Below, in pieces: positions 8,976 to 17,585 of a stretch of DNA of 64,000 nt. The DNA is taken from positions 310,001-374,000 of the IMG/VR virus record IMGVR_UViG_3300042261_002385. One strand, given 5' to 3'. The notes below the pieces were generated by a model. That model made no database searches. It was not told where the DNA came from and saw only the letters and a program-made list of their open reading frames with translations. A program made the position numbers and the translations under genes. How positions within the stretch are numbered: position 1 is the first letter of the stretch; each line of letters begins with the position of its first letter.

Positions 8976-9758
8976 TTACTCTGAATAAAGTAAGTTAGAA
9001 CTTGGAACTATGTAGTAAGATCTACCATCTTCGTCAAATCCTGTTTTGATACCAGAACCTTTAAACACATATGACTTATCAAACAAAGTTTTTTTACCCG
9101 TATCAGTAACTAAAACTAAATAATGAGTTTTAATTTTAGTAAAGTCACCACTTATAAACACATGATAAAAATTATCAACTAAATCTATTGAATCTAAAGT
9201 TTTAATTTGAATAGTGTATGGGGTTTCTCCGACTTTAAAGTAAGCATCTACTCCAGCTATATCTTGCTCAGAGCTATCCGGTGGTAAAATTTCAACATCA
9301 AATCCTTTACTTAAAGCATATCTTTTGAATAAATCAGAACCTTCTTGTTCTCTAAGTGCACCAGATTCAGTCACTCCTCTAAGTGCATTATAAATCATAT
9401 CAAAGTAGGTTCCATCAACATCGAATAAATCATAACTATTATTTCTAATAAAATTGATTATATCATCTGGGTGATTTACTGTCATATTTAAGTCTAACAT
9501 AATATCAGCTATAACATACAGGATTTTAATGTTCTTTTGAGACTTGTTAAGTAATTCACTTGATAGAGGTCTTCCGTTTCTATTAATTGTATCACCTTTT
9601 TTAATTTCCGGATAATATTCATTAATAATAGATCTCACTAGCTTCTCTTTTTCTTCGGTTTTATCAGGATCAAAATTTATTAAGTAATTATCTGTTTTGA
9701 ACAATCTGATTGGTCTATATTCTGGTTTGAATTTGTCAAATTCTAATATTAATCTCAT
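8976..9758 (-). CDS. Putative PD-(D/E)xK nuclease with CTS-like N-terminus
   Basis: E...QDIAGVDAYF...TIQIK resembles the restriction-like catalytic signature; starts MRLILEFDKF; TAATATATA 4 nt upstream. Confidence 0.55.
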   Translation of the reverse strand: MRLILEFDKFKPEYRPIRLFKTDNYLINFDPDKTEEKEKLVRSIINEYYPEIKKGDTINRNGRPLSSELLNKSQKNIKILYVIADIMLDLNMTVNHPDDIINFIRNNSYDLFDVDGTYFDMIYNALRGVTESGALREQEGSDLFKRYALSKGFDVEILPPDSSEQDIAGVDAYFKVGETPYTIQIKTLDSIDLVDNFYHVFISGDFTKIKTHYLVLVTDTGKKTLFDKSYVFKGSGIKTGFDEDGRSYYIVPSSNLLYSE

Positions 9759-9790
9759 GGTGGTATATATTAAAAGGTGATATATAATTT

Positions 9791-10021
9791 ATGAAATTAG
9801 ATGAACTATATCCATTTTATCTCATTTTTTTGGAAATGAGATTGGAAAAGAATATAATTAATAAAGGTAAGTATTCTCTTCTTAAAATTTCCGAATCATA
9901 CTTTGAGAATTTTAAAAAGAGATGGGACTTAGAAGAAACTTTAAGAAGTGAAGTTATAGAATACAATAAATCTGAAATAAGAGATAAAAAGATAGACGAT
10001 ATATTCGATGACATTGATTGA
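9791..10021 (+). CDS. Small hypothetical protein ending IRDKKIDDIF
   Basis: 76-aa ORF, TGATATATA upstream; carries the recurrent C-terminal motif. Confidence 0.7.
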   Translation: MKLDELYPFYLIFLEMRLEKNIINKGKYSLLKISESYFENFKKRWDLEETLRSEVIEYNKSEIRDKKIDDIFDDID

Positions 10022-10400
10022 AAAAATACAAGTTGATGGAACTAATGTAAGTTTTTACAATGGTATCGATATTGATAGAGTCATAAGTCACCCTAAAGAT
10101 GGTTCATCTGGCTTTATTTTTTGTTTTATAGACAACTGGATTAAAGAAGTTAAAAAATGGGAAAGAGAGTCTAAAATAGACTCAGTATTAGTAGGAAAAA
10201 AATTCAGAAAGTTTGAAAGTAAAAATCTTGAAAACAATTACGTCGCTATTTATCAATTAGAAGGAACAGAACCAGGTAAGTTATTTGAAATTATTAAAGA
10301 CAAAGTTTTAAATAAAAATTTTCCCGAACACCCCTGGATACCGATATCAGGAATTGATAAAGGAGCTTGGAAAATAGTAAATTCAAAGGTTTCAAACTGA
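10008..10400 (+). CDS. Hypothetical protein (internal RESKIDSVL motif)
   Basis: 130-aa ORF overlapping the previous gene by 14 nt. Confidence 0.7.
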   Translation: MTLIEKIQVDGTNVSFYNGIDIDRVISHPKDGSSGFIFCFIDNWIKEVKKWERESKIDSVLVGKKFRKFESKNLENNYVAIYQLEGTEPGKLFEIIKDKVLNKNFPEHPWIPISGIDKGAWKIVNSKVSN

Positions 10401-10412
10401 ATATATAATTTA

Positions 10413-10916
10413 ATGAAAGTTATGAAACATCTAATGAGATATGAAGGCTACACATCCAAAGAAAGAGTGGATGACATCTTAGACAAAATATCTAAGTATG
10501 GAATGCAATCGCTTACTACATTAGAAAAAGACTTTCTCGACGCACACAAATCCGGTCAAGAAGAAGAATATCACGACAAACTAGCTAAATCTGAAACAGA
10601 AAACACATTCGAAGATGATAATGGATATTTTAAGTTTGAATTTGATTCTTGTGAAGATTACGGTGATGAAGTTCACTATTTAGGAACACTTTATGTTCCT
10701 GACTTAGTTTGGCCAAACGGTAAAACAATAGAGGGTAGATTAGAAGGCAGAATTGTTGTCTATTCAAACGGACAAGTGTCTCCAGATTTTTATTCAATTG
10801 AGACTGATAAAACAACGGGAGACCACTATGATGTATTTGAATTTTGTAACGGATTGGAATATGAATTAGACTCATTCATTGATTATGTAGTCTCTGAGTT
10901 GGATCAAAAAGATTAA
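10413..10916 (+). CDS. Hypothetical protein with DUF6576-like helical motif
   Basis: VDDILDKISKYGMQSLTTLEKDFLD resembles the DxILDKISxxGxxSLTxxEKxFL tail of Bacteroidota rhomboid proteins; CTS-like start MKHLMRYEGY. Confidence 0.6.
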   Translation: MKVMKHLMRYEGYTSKERVDDILDKISKYGMQSLTTLEKDFLDAHKSGQEEEYHDKLAKSETENTFEDDNGYFKFEFDSCEDYGDEVHYLGTLYVPDLVWPNGKTIEGRLEGRIVVYSNGQVSPDFYSIETDKTTGDHYDVFEFCNGLEYELDSFIDYVVSELDQKD

Positions 10917-10954
10917 TTTCAAATTTAATATATAACAAAAAATAATATTTAAAA

Positions 10955-11452
10955 ATGATTAAAAGATATAATCAATTTGTTAAAGAAAATAAAACAAATG
11001 AAGAGTATGAATACTATACAGAAGTAGATACTCCAAGTTTACCAGCTTTAGGACAAAGAGCAGAGGCGACTCCAAGTGAAGCTCCTATAATGGATGAAAT
11101 GCCAGAAGAAATGACTGGAGAAGTTGAAGAAGTAGGTGTTGATAAATATACAGATGCGCTTCAAAAGTTAGCGGACGCCGCTGGTGTTGAATATGATTCA
11201 GTAGAAAAGTCTGTAGTTATTGATGGTAAAAAAATAACATTCCCGACTGAGACTGAAAAGTATCATGTAGAAGGTGTTAAAAAACCTTTTGCTACTTTAG
11301 AAGAAGTTTTAGCATATTTTGAAAATGGAGTTTCACCACAAGCTAGACAGGAAGTTAGAGATGAAATGTCATCAATTGCTGACGAGGAAGTTTTAGATAG
11401 ACAAGAACAATTTGAATCTAAAAGTTATAAATCTAAAAGATTTAAAAAATGA
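10955..11452 (+). CDS. Acidic hypothetical protein with CTS-like N-terminus
   Basis: Starts MIKRYNQFVKE; TAATATATA upstream. Confidence 0.75.
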   Translation: MIKRYNQFVKENKTNEEYEYYTEVDTPSLPALGQRAEATPSEAPIMDEMPEEMTGEVEEVGVDKYTDALQKLADAAGVEYDSVEKSVVIDGKKITFPTETEKYHVEGVKKPFATLEEVLAYFENGVSPQARQEVRDEMSSIADEEVLDRQEQFESKSYKSKRFKK

Positions 11453-11562
11453 GACTAATTTTAATTATTATTTTAGTAGCAATTATAAGCTCTTGTAAAA
11501 CAAGTAAAGAACACTGTGATGCTTATTCACAAAACGAAATAAAAAAAGACCATCAAATTTGA
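11449..11562 (+). CDS. Small lipoprotein, 37 aa (not in ORF track)
   Basis: MRLILIIILVAIISSCKTSKEHCDAYSQNEIKKDHQI: signal peptide with ISS-C lipobox; ATGA overlap with the upstream stop. Confidence 0.65.
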   Translation: MRLILIIILVAIISSCKTSKEHCDAYSQNEIKKDHQI

Positions 11563-11574
11563 TGGTCTTTTTTG
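11541..11574. terminator. Bidirectional intrinsic terminator
   Basis: AAAAAAAGACCATC-AAATTT-GATGGTCTTTTTT between convergent genes. Confidence 0.8.
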
Positions 11575-11901
11575 TTATTCAGTTTCGTCTGTTGGAGCTT
11601 TCTCTTTTTGTATTTTATTGATGATATACCCTGACACTGCAAATTCAGCAGCTGCCCAAAGTATAAACTCACCCATTGATAAAGTCTCATACTTTTGAAG
11701 TAAGAAGAAAATCATACCCCATTGTGCGATAAGAAATGCAACTCCTGATTCAATTCTTTTCTTAGAAAAGTAAGAGGGTTTAGGAGAGTAAATTTTAATT
11801 AATTCTTTGATACCCCATTTGATATTTTCCCAACCAAAGAACCACTTTTTCTTAGTTTCTGCTTGAGTAGGAGCAGAACTTTTATTTTCTGTTTTTGACA
11901 T
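11575..11901 (-). CDS. Two-TM membrane protein, holin-like (start reassigned to 11901)
   Basis: Two hydrophobic segments (GVAFLIAQWGMIFFLL; FILWAAAEFAVSGYII) and a charged C-terminus; AAATATATA late-type element upstream. Confidence 0.5.
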   Translation of the reverse strand: MSKTENKSSAPTQAETKKKWFFGWENIKWGIKELIKIYSPKPSYFSKKRIESGVAFLIAQWGMIFFLLQKYETLSMGEFILWAAAEFAVSGYIINKIQKEKAPTDETE

Positions 11902-11961
11902 AGTGATTATTTTTCTTTTATATATTTTATTTAGGAAAACATATTTTACCAATATATAACA

Positions 11962-12429
11962 TTGATGAATATTTTCAAAGTTTTAAAATTTTTAATAACT
12001 TCTAAACATTCACATTTTATTTCAGTAGATAAACCAACTTATAAACGGTGGAAATTTTTAGTAATTTTAGCTGTTAAATTAAATAAAAACTACAAGTCAG
12101 TAGAGATTTTTAGAAAGAAATTTAAAATTTTAGAAGATTTCGTAGTTGTTGGTCTCAAATACAGTGGGAAAAATGTGAGAAGAAGAACCTCAGGTTTCGC
12201 AAAGGAATTTATTGAACAAAACAAAAATGCAAAGTGCATTTACTGTGATAGAAAACTCACTCTAGATAACGCGACTGCGGATCACATAATACCAATATCA
12301 GATGGTGGAAATAACTGCCAAGTAAATCTCGTAGTTTGTTGTAAGGATTGTAATAACGAGAGAGGAAATCTTGATTTCAGATACTATATGTCGAAAAAAA
12401 ATAGTAAAAAGTTAAAGTATTTTATTTAA
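11962..12429 (+). CDS. HNH endonuclease
   Basis: CIYC...ATADHIIPISDGGNN...NLVVCCKDCNNERG. Confidence 0.88.
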   Translation: MMNIFKVLKFLITSKHSHFISVDKPTYKRWKFLVILAVKLNKNYKSVEIFRKKFKILEDFVVVGLKYSGKNVRRRTSGFAKEFIEQNKNAKCIYCDRKLTLDNATADHIIPISDGGNNCQVNLVVCCKDCNNERGNLDFRYYMSKKNSKKLKYFI

Positions 12430-13619
12430 AGATATTTAAGACCGTCAAACTTTTTGTTATAATCAACCTCTTCAATTTTTTTCTTTTTTCTTTTAAATTT
12501 AGGTATCCATTTTATATCTAAAACGTCTTTACTAAAGAACATCGGTAATTCTAATTTTTTATACGGGTTCTCAACAAGAGTTGCTAATTTATTTATATCT
12601 TTTACTTTTGATACTCTATGTAAAAGCGCGTATGGATCACTAGAGTTTTTCTTATCCACAATAGACTCAAATAGTTTTTTCCATAGAAAAACCGACCAAC
12701 CATTTTTTAATTTCTCTTCAGATTTTTTATAACCCGCCTCATCATTATCAAAGAAATATTGTATTTGTAAATCATTGGCTTCTAAAAACCGATAGTCTGT
12801 ATTAACACCAACAAGACCAATTGAGTTGGGAAAAAATAGAGAATCTAAATAACCTTCAAATACAGTTATTGTATCTCCGAAGTCAACATTTAAAATATTA
12901 AAATAGTAAGACAATTTATTATAAATTACTAATTGATTTATATCTAACTCTTCTTCAACATCTTTACCAATACTTGTCCACTCAAGTAAGTTTTCATAAT
13001 TATAGATTTTAAACATCCGCCTTTTTCCTTCTTTTAGATTTCTAATTTGAAGACCGAGAACTTTTGTATCTCTTCTATTAAGCATAACTATAATCCATTC
13101 AGACTCATCTTCATTTTTCCAATACTTAGCTTGATAGATGTTTTTGTGAAATTCAGCAGGAATACCCCGACCAATAAGATATTTATATACACCTCCATTT
13201 ACTTGTATTGGTTTGAAATCAGATATCGGGGTTAAGTCTTGAGAAAAAACTCTTTCTAATTCAGAAAGGTCTATTAAGTCTTCAAATTTAGCATCTACAA
13301 AGTCTCCTTCATAATCAGAATAAGTCATAACACTATTTAAGTGTTCAATCATTTCTAACTTTTTATCAGGATCTATTTGTTCATTAAAGTCTTTACAGAA
13401 CTTGTCTAAAGTAGTTTTTTTATCACAGTTGAAACAAATGAAAATTAGACGATTCAAATAAAGATTACCTCTTTTTTTAAACTCTGATTTTCCATCACCA
13501 CAATATGGACAGCAAACGTTTAATCTATCAGTATATTCAATTAACTTTCTTCTTCCTTTGGAAGAAAATTCTTTATTTAACACTGATTGAATTATATTTT
13601 TTATATAGTTCTTGTCCAT
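12426..13619 (-). CDS. DNA primase, T4 gp61-like
   Basis: N-terminal zinc ribbon CPYCGD...CFNC; TOPRIM VFEGYLDSLF, FFDND, KDIN. Confidence 0.88.
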   Translation of the reverse strand: MDKNYIKNIIQSVLNKEFSSKGRRKLIEYTDRLNVCCPYCGDGKSEFKKRGNLYLNRLIFICFNCDKKTTLDKFCKDFNEQIDPDKKLEMIEHLNSVMTYSDYEGDFVDAKFEDLIDLSELERVFSQDLTPISDFKPIQVNGGVYKYLIGRGIPAEFHKNIYQAKYWKNEDESEWIIVMLNRRDTKVLGLQIRNLKEGKRRMFKIYNYENLLEWTSIGKDVEEELDINQLVIYNKLSYYFNILNVDFGDTITVFEGYLDSLFFPNSIGLVGVNTDYRFLEANDLQIQYFFDNDEAGYKKSEEKLKNGWSVFLWKKLFESIVDKKNSSDPYALLHRVSKVKDINKLATLVENPYKKLELPMFFSKDVLDIKWIPKFKRKKKKIEEVDYNKKFDGLKYL

Positions 13620-13679
13620 CTTTTATTACGCAATAAGGGCATTCAATTTTAATATATATTATAAATTCTGATTTTGTTT

Positions 13680-14585
13680 ATGAATTACTTATCATTTGAG
13701 GAAGCTAGAGAATTTGTAAGAAATCTGAAACTGAAAAATCAGAGAGAATGGTCAAATTGGATAAAAGGTAAATCCATTGGTATACCTTCAAATCCACATG
13801 TTTACTACAAAGATAAGTGGGTATCACTTTCTGATTGGATAAATTCGAAAACAGAAAGTTTTAATAACCGAGAATATCATGATTATGATTACTGTAAAAA
13901 ATTGATTAAAGAGATGAAATTCAAAAATAGAAACGAGTTTTATCTTTTCGTAAAAAATGAAAATATAGATAAAAAAATACCAAATAGACCAGATCATGTA
14001 TACAAGAGATTGAATAAGTGGGAAAATTGGCAAATATTCTTATCTATTGAAAAAACACCACCACGACAAAAATCAAAACTATTTCTTAATTATGAGGAAG
14101 CTAAAGACTTTTTAAAAGAACTTAGACTTACACATGAATCAGATTATGTAGATTACATTGAATATAATAATGTCGAGTTTTTACCAAAAAGACCAGATTA
14201 TGTTTATAAAAAAAATTGGAATGGATATTTAGATTTTTTAGGATGTGAGACAAATAGAACCTCTTTTGGTGAAAGAAAAATAAAAGAATTATTAGACCTA
14301 AATAAAATAAACTATATTAAGGAAAAAAAATTTGAAGATTGTAGAAATATAAAAGAATTACCTTTTGATTTTTATTTACCTGATCATAATATCTGTATAG
14401 AATACGACGGTGAATTACATTATAGACAATCGCAAATTTTCGGAGGAGAAAAATCATTAGAGCGAATAAAAAAACACGATAAAATTAAAGACGATTGGTG
14501 CTTAAAAAATAACATAAAACTTATAAGAATTTCTTATAGGCAAAAAAGAAAAATCACAAAAATATTAAACGAATTGATTAATTAA
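13680..14585 (+). mobile_element. Putative free-standing homing endonuclease (repeated YLSFEEA.EF units plus DUF559/Vsr-like nuclease)
   Basis: Three repeats of the Y..(F/Y)EEA.EFV..L.L...EW...P.. type, then SFGERKI...LPFDFYLPDHNICIEYDGELHY; adjacent and divergent to the primase. Confidence 0.72.
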
Positions 14586-14610
14586 TATAAAATAAGTATA
14601 TTTGTTTATT

Positions 14611-14847
14611 ATGACACTAAAAGAAATTTACGAAGCCAATATTGACATAAAAGAGTCTCAGATTCCAGAAGAGTGGAAGGAGAGTTTCTCTAAATTTATT
14701 ATGGGTTCAACTTGTTTAGCTGAGACCAATGAAGATGGAACTGTAAAAGAATTTATTTACTATGCTTGTGACTTTAGGGCTTGGTATTTTCAAAATCAAA
14801 AAGCTATTGAAAGAGATATAAAAATCAATCAAATATCTAATAAATAA
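14611..14847 (+). CDS. Small hypothetical protein ending ERDIKINQI
   Basis: ATG 14611 follows TATATTTG; recurrent C-terminal motif. Confidence 0.72.
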   Translation: MTLKEIYEANIDIKESQIPEEWKESFSKFIMGSTCLAETNEDGTVKEFIYYACDFRAWYFQNQKAIERDIKINQISNK

Positions 14848-14876
14848 AAAAGTCCTCTTATTTAGAGGACTTTTTT
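14846..14876. terminator. Bidirectional intrinsic terminator
   Basis: AAAAAAGTCCTCT-TATTT-AGAGGACTTTTTT between convergent genes. Confidence 0.8.
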
Positions 14877-15967
14877 CTTTTTTTCATATCTTTACTGATT
14901 TCTTTAGAAGTCTTTGATAGATAATCAACTTGTCTTCTAAATTGGTTATAGAAATCATCTTGTCTATTCATAGCACTTGATGGATTCAATCTACCAGTCA
15001 TGTTACCAAATTGAGTAAAAGGTAACACTGAATTTTCCAAACCTGGTGTTTGATGTGAGGTCTCACTTAATATCTCAGGAAATTCTCTTTCAGTTGTGGT
15101 TATATTTTCCGCATCTTTCGTGCCTTTAACTACAATTTTAATTATATTTTGAAAAGTTTCATGACTTAAATTTTTAATTAAGTCTACTATGTGTTTTTCA
15201 TTTTTAACATCGTCATCTGAAAAACCAATCATAGCAACCCATTTCTCACCACTTAGATCTATCAATTCGCTAATATGCGAATCAACATCGTGAATGAATT
15301 CCATCAAAGCGTCTTCTTTTGCTTTTTCGGGATTTGAAGGAGAACCTCCGCGAGATGGTGCAGAAACTCCAACAAAATGACAACTATCTAAATATTTTTC
15401 AATTAATTTATTTTGACTAGGTGTCTCTTTTAAAAGTCTTGGAAAATCCTCTCCTAAGGTTCCATATAAGTAGCTAAATTTAGCTATGTGATTATACATA
15501 CTAAACAATTGTTGTTCTGTTAGAACGTTATCAATAATCCACTCGACACCTTTTCTCATTGTCTCAGACTCGTGGCCTCTAGCTGTAATAATTGCGAATA
15601 TTGCACCGTTTGAAAGACATTCAATAAAATCATTCCATGAAGGAGCAAAACTATTGTTGGCTATCGCTTTCTTTGTATCTTCTAAAAAAATTCCGGGACC
15701 AGACGGACCATTATCTCTAAAATCAGAGTAAGCAGCACCTGGGTCACCATTTAGTAGTCTATAATTTTCTTTATCATCTCTAATTAATGCAAATTCAGCA
15801 GTTGAGACATCAACTGGAATCCAACTATCACCATCTTTTTTTTCTAAATGAATCACAGTTGGCATACTAAGAATATTATCATCCCAGTCAAAAGCATAAT
15901 ATAGCAATACGTTAGTATCTTCAGATACAGAAGATTCTTTAATGAATCGACTAAATTTTTTAATCAT
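14858..15967 (-). CDS. HAD-superfamily phosphatase-like protein with CTS-like N-terminus
   Basis: Motif I YAFDWDDN, motif II ITARG, Lys in KAKE, motif IV GFSDDD; starts MIKKFSRFIKES. Confidence 0.65.
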   Translation of the reverse strand: MIKKFSRFIKESSVSEDTNVLLYYAFDWDDNILSMPTVIHLEKKDGDSWIPVDVSTAEFALIRDDKENYRLLNGDPGAAYSDFRDNGPSGPGIFLEDTKKAIANNSFAPSWNDFIECLSNGAIFAIITARGHESETMRKGVEWIIDNVLTEQQLFSMYNHIAKFSYLYGTLGEDFPRLLKETPSQNKLIEKYLDSCHFVGVSAPSRGGSPSNPEKAKEDALMEFIHDVDSHISELIDLSGEKWVAMIGFSDDDVKNEKHIVDLIKNLSHETFQNIIKIVVKGTKDAENITTTEREFPEILSETSHQTPGLENSVLPFTQFGNMTGRLNPSSAMNRQDDFYNQFRRQVDYLSKTSKEISKDMKKRKKSSK

Positions 15968-15971
15968 TAAT

Positions 15972-16373
15972 TTATTTTCTTTTTGAAGCCGGCTTCTTAT
16001 TAATAAATGCTTGAAAAGACTCTAATGAAAGTTCATCATCGTTGTCATTATCGTCATCATCATCGTCATCGTCATCGTCATCATCGTCATCACCTTGAAT
16101 TTCATCATTCTCTGGTTCTTCATCGATTTGGTCTTGAATATCATCTTCTTCATCTCCGAAATCTTCTTCTTCATCGTAGTCACCAAAAGGTTTTACATCA
16201 CCCATTTCACCAACTTCTTCACCACCTTCTTCTGCAAATTCATCATCAGACTCTTGAACACTGATTGTAAATTCCTCAACAACCTCGTCATCTTTTGCAG
16301 CGTTAACAGAAATTACCCCATCAACTTCTTCGATAGTGATTAAATATCCACTTATTTCAACACTAGTTTTCAT
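15972..16373 (-). CDS. Highly acidic protein with poly-Asp tract
   Basis: GDDDDDDDDDDDDDNDNDDE tract and basic tail; TAATATATA upstream. Confidence 0.75.
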   Translation of the reverse strand: MKTSVEISGYLITIEEVDGVISVNAAKDDEVVEEFTISVQESDDEFAEEGGEEVGEMGDVKPFGDYDEEEDFGDEEDDIQDQIDEEPENDEIQGDDDDDDDDDDDDDDNDNDDELSLESFQAFINKKPASKRK

Positions 16374-16475
16374 ATTTTATAATATTTTTTTAGTTATATA
16401 TTAAAATCTAAAATTGCTTTTAGTTGAAACTTTTACCACATTATCACATAAAAATTGAAATTAAAAATTTTTTTT

Positions 16476-17138
16476 ATGAATAAAGACCTCAGCAAATTCT
16501 TACTAAGTCAATCAATATCCAGTACTTTTCAGTATGACTACTTCAAAAAAACACAAAGAAAAAATACTACTTCACACCTTTTGGAATCAAACGGTCTACC
16601 TGTTGATATTTTTTCAAAATTATTAGACGAAAGAATAATTTTTTTATCAGATGAAATTGATTCAGATGTTTGTAACATCATCAAAGCACAACTTCTTTAC
16701 TTAGACAGTGAGTCAAACGATGACATTTCCATCTATATTGATAGCCCGGGTGGGTCAGTTTATTCAGGAATGGGATTGTTAGATGTGATTGACTTTGTTA
16801 ATTGTGATATATCAACAGTAAATACTGGATTAGCAGCATCTATGGCAGCAGTAATTCTTTGTTCAGGTGAAAAAGGAAAAAGAAAAGCTTTAAAAAGAAG
16901 TAGAACTATGATACATCAACCTCTTACCTATGGTGGTTGGATGCAACAAGCATCTGATGTAGAAATAGAAGCTAAAGAAATGAATCATCTAAAAAGAGAA
17001 TTATACGAAATTATTTCAGACAGAACTGGACAGTTGTATGATAAAGTTTATAAAGATGGTGATAGAGACTACTGGATGTCATCTAATGATGCGAAAAAGT
17101 ATGGTATGATTGATGAGATTATTGCCAAAAGAAAATAA
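16476..17138 (+). CDS. clpP: ATP-dependent Clp protease proteolytic subunit
   Basis: DIFSKLLDERIIFL, YIDSPGGSV, AASMAA (Ser), MIHQP (His), RD.WMS (Asp); ATG 16476 preferred over the TTG start. Confidence 0.95.
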   Translation: MNKDLSKFLLSQSISSTFQYDYFKKTQRKNTTSHLLESNGLPVDIFSKLLDERIIFLSDEIDSDVCNIIKAQLLYLDSESNDDISIYIDSPGGSVYSGMGLLDVIDFVNCDISTVNTGLAASMAAVILCSGEKGKRKALKRSRTMIHQPLTYGGWMQQASDVEIEAKEMNHLKRELYEIISDRTGQLYDKVYKDGDRDYWMSSNDAKKYGMIDEIIAKRK

Positions 17139-17166
17139 AAAAACCCACTCATTGAGTGGGTTTTTC
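17138..17166. terminator. Bidirectional intrinsic terminator
   Basis: AAAAAACCCACTCA-T-TGAGTGGGTTTTT inverted repeat between convergent genes. Confidence 0.75.
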
Positions 17167-17169
17167 TTT

Positions 17170-17475
17170 TTAGTTCGTTTTTGATTTTGGCTTACGAGGC
17201 TTAGATGCCTTTTCAACCTTAGGCTCTTCTTTCTTAACTTTAGCTTTAATATCCTTCGCTGTAACCTTAGCTTCAGATTTTTCAACTTGTTTAGTTTTTG
17301 GAGCTTTTGGTTTTTTTGGAGACTGAACCTTAGGAGCTTCAGTTTTTACCGGAGCTTCTACCTTAGTCTCAGCTTTAACTTCAGCTTTTACTGGTGCCTC
17401 AGTCTTTACTTCAACCACTTCTACAGTCTCTTCTTTTTTACCAAAACCAAAAAATTTCTTAATTGATTCCCACAT
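17170..17475 (-). CDS. Lys/Ala/Pro-rich protein with amphipathic N-terminus
   Basis: MWESIKKFFGFGKK followed by EAPVK/KPKAPK low-complexity repeats. Confidence 0.7.
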   Translation of the reverse strand: MWESIKKFFGFGKKEETVEVVEVKTEAPVKAEVKAETKVEAPVKTEAPKVQSPKKPKAPKTKQVEKSEAKVTAKDIKAKVKKEEPKVEKASKPRKPKSKTN

Positions 17476-17585
17476 AATTTGAGTTTATTTTTTTTTATAT
17501 ATCAATAAGTTTTATGTCCCTTATAAAAAACCTCAAAAAAATCAAGATATTAAACCAGAACATTGATTTTATATATAAATATGAG

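Noticed and set aside
16049-16095. Phase-variable microsatellite
   Set aside because: It is a mixed GAT/GAC trinucleotide run; slippage would keep the frame, so it is a coding poly-Asp tract and not an on/off switch.
16007-16343. His-rich ORF 16007..16264 and ORF 16095..16343
   Set aside because: Antisense shadows of the poly-Asp/Glu codons of 15972..16373.
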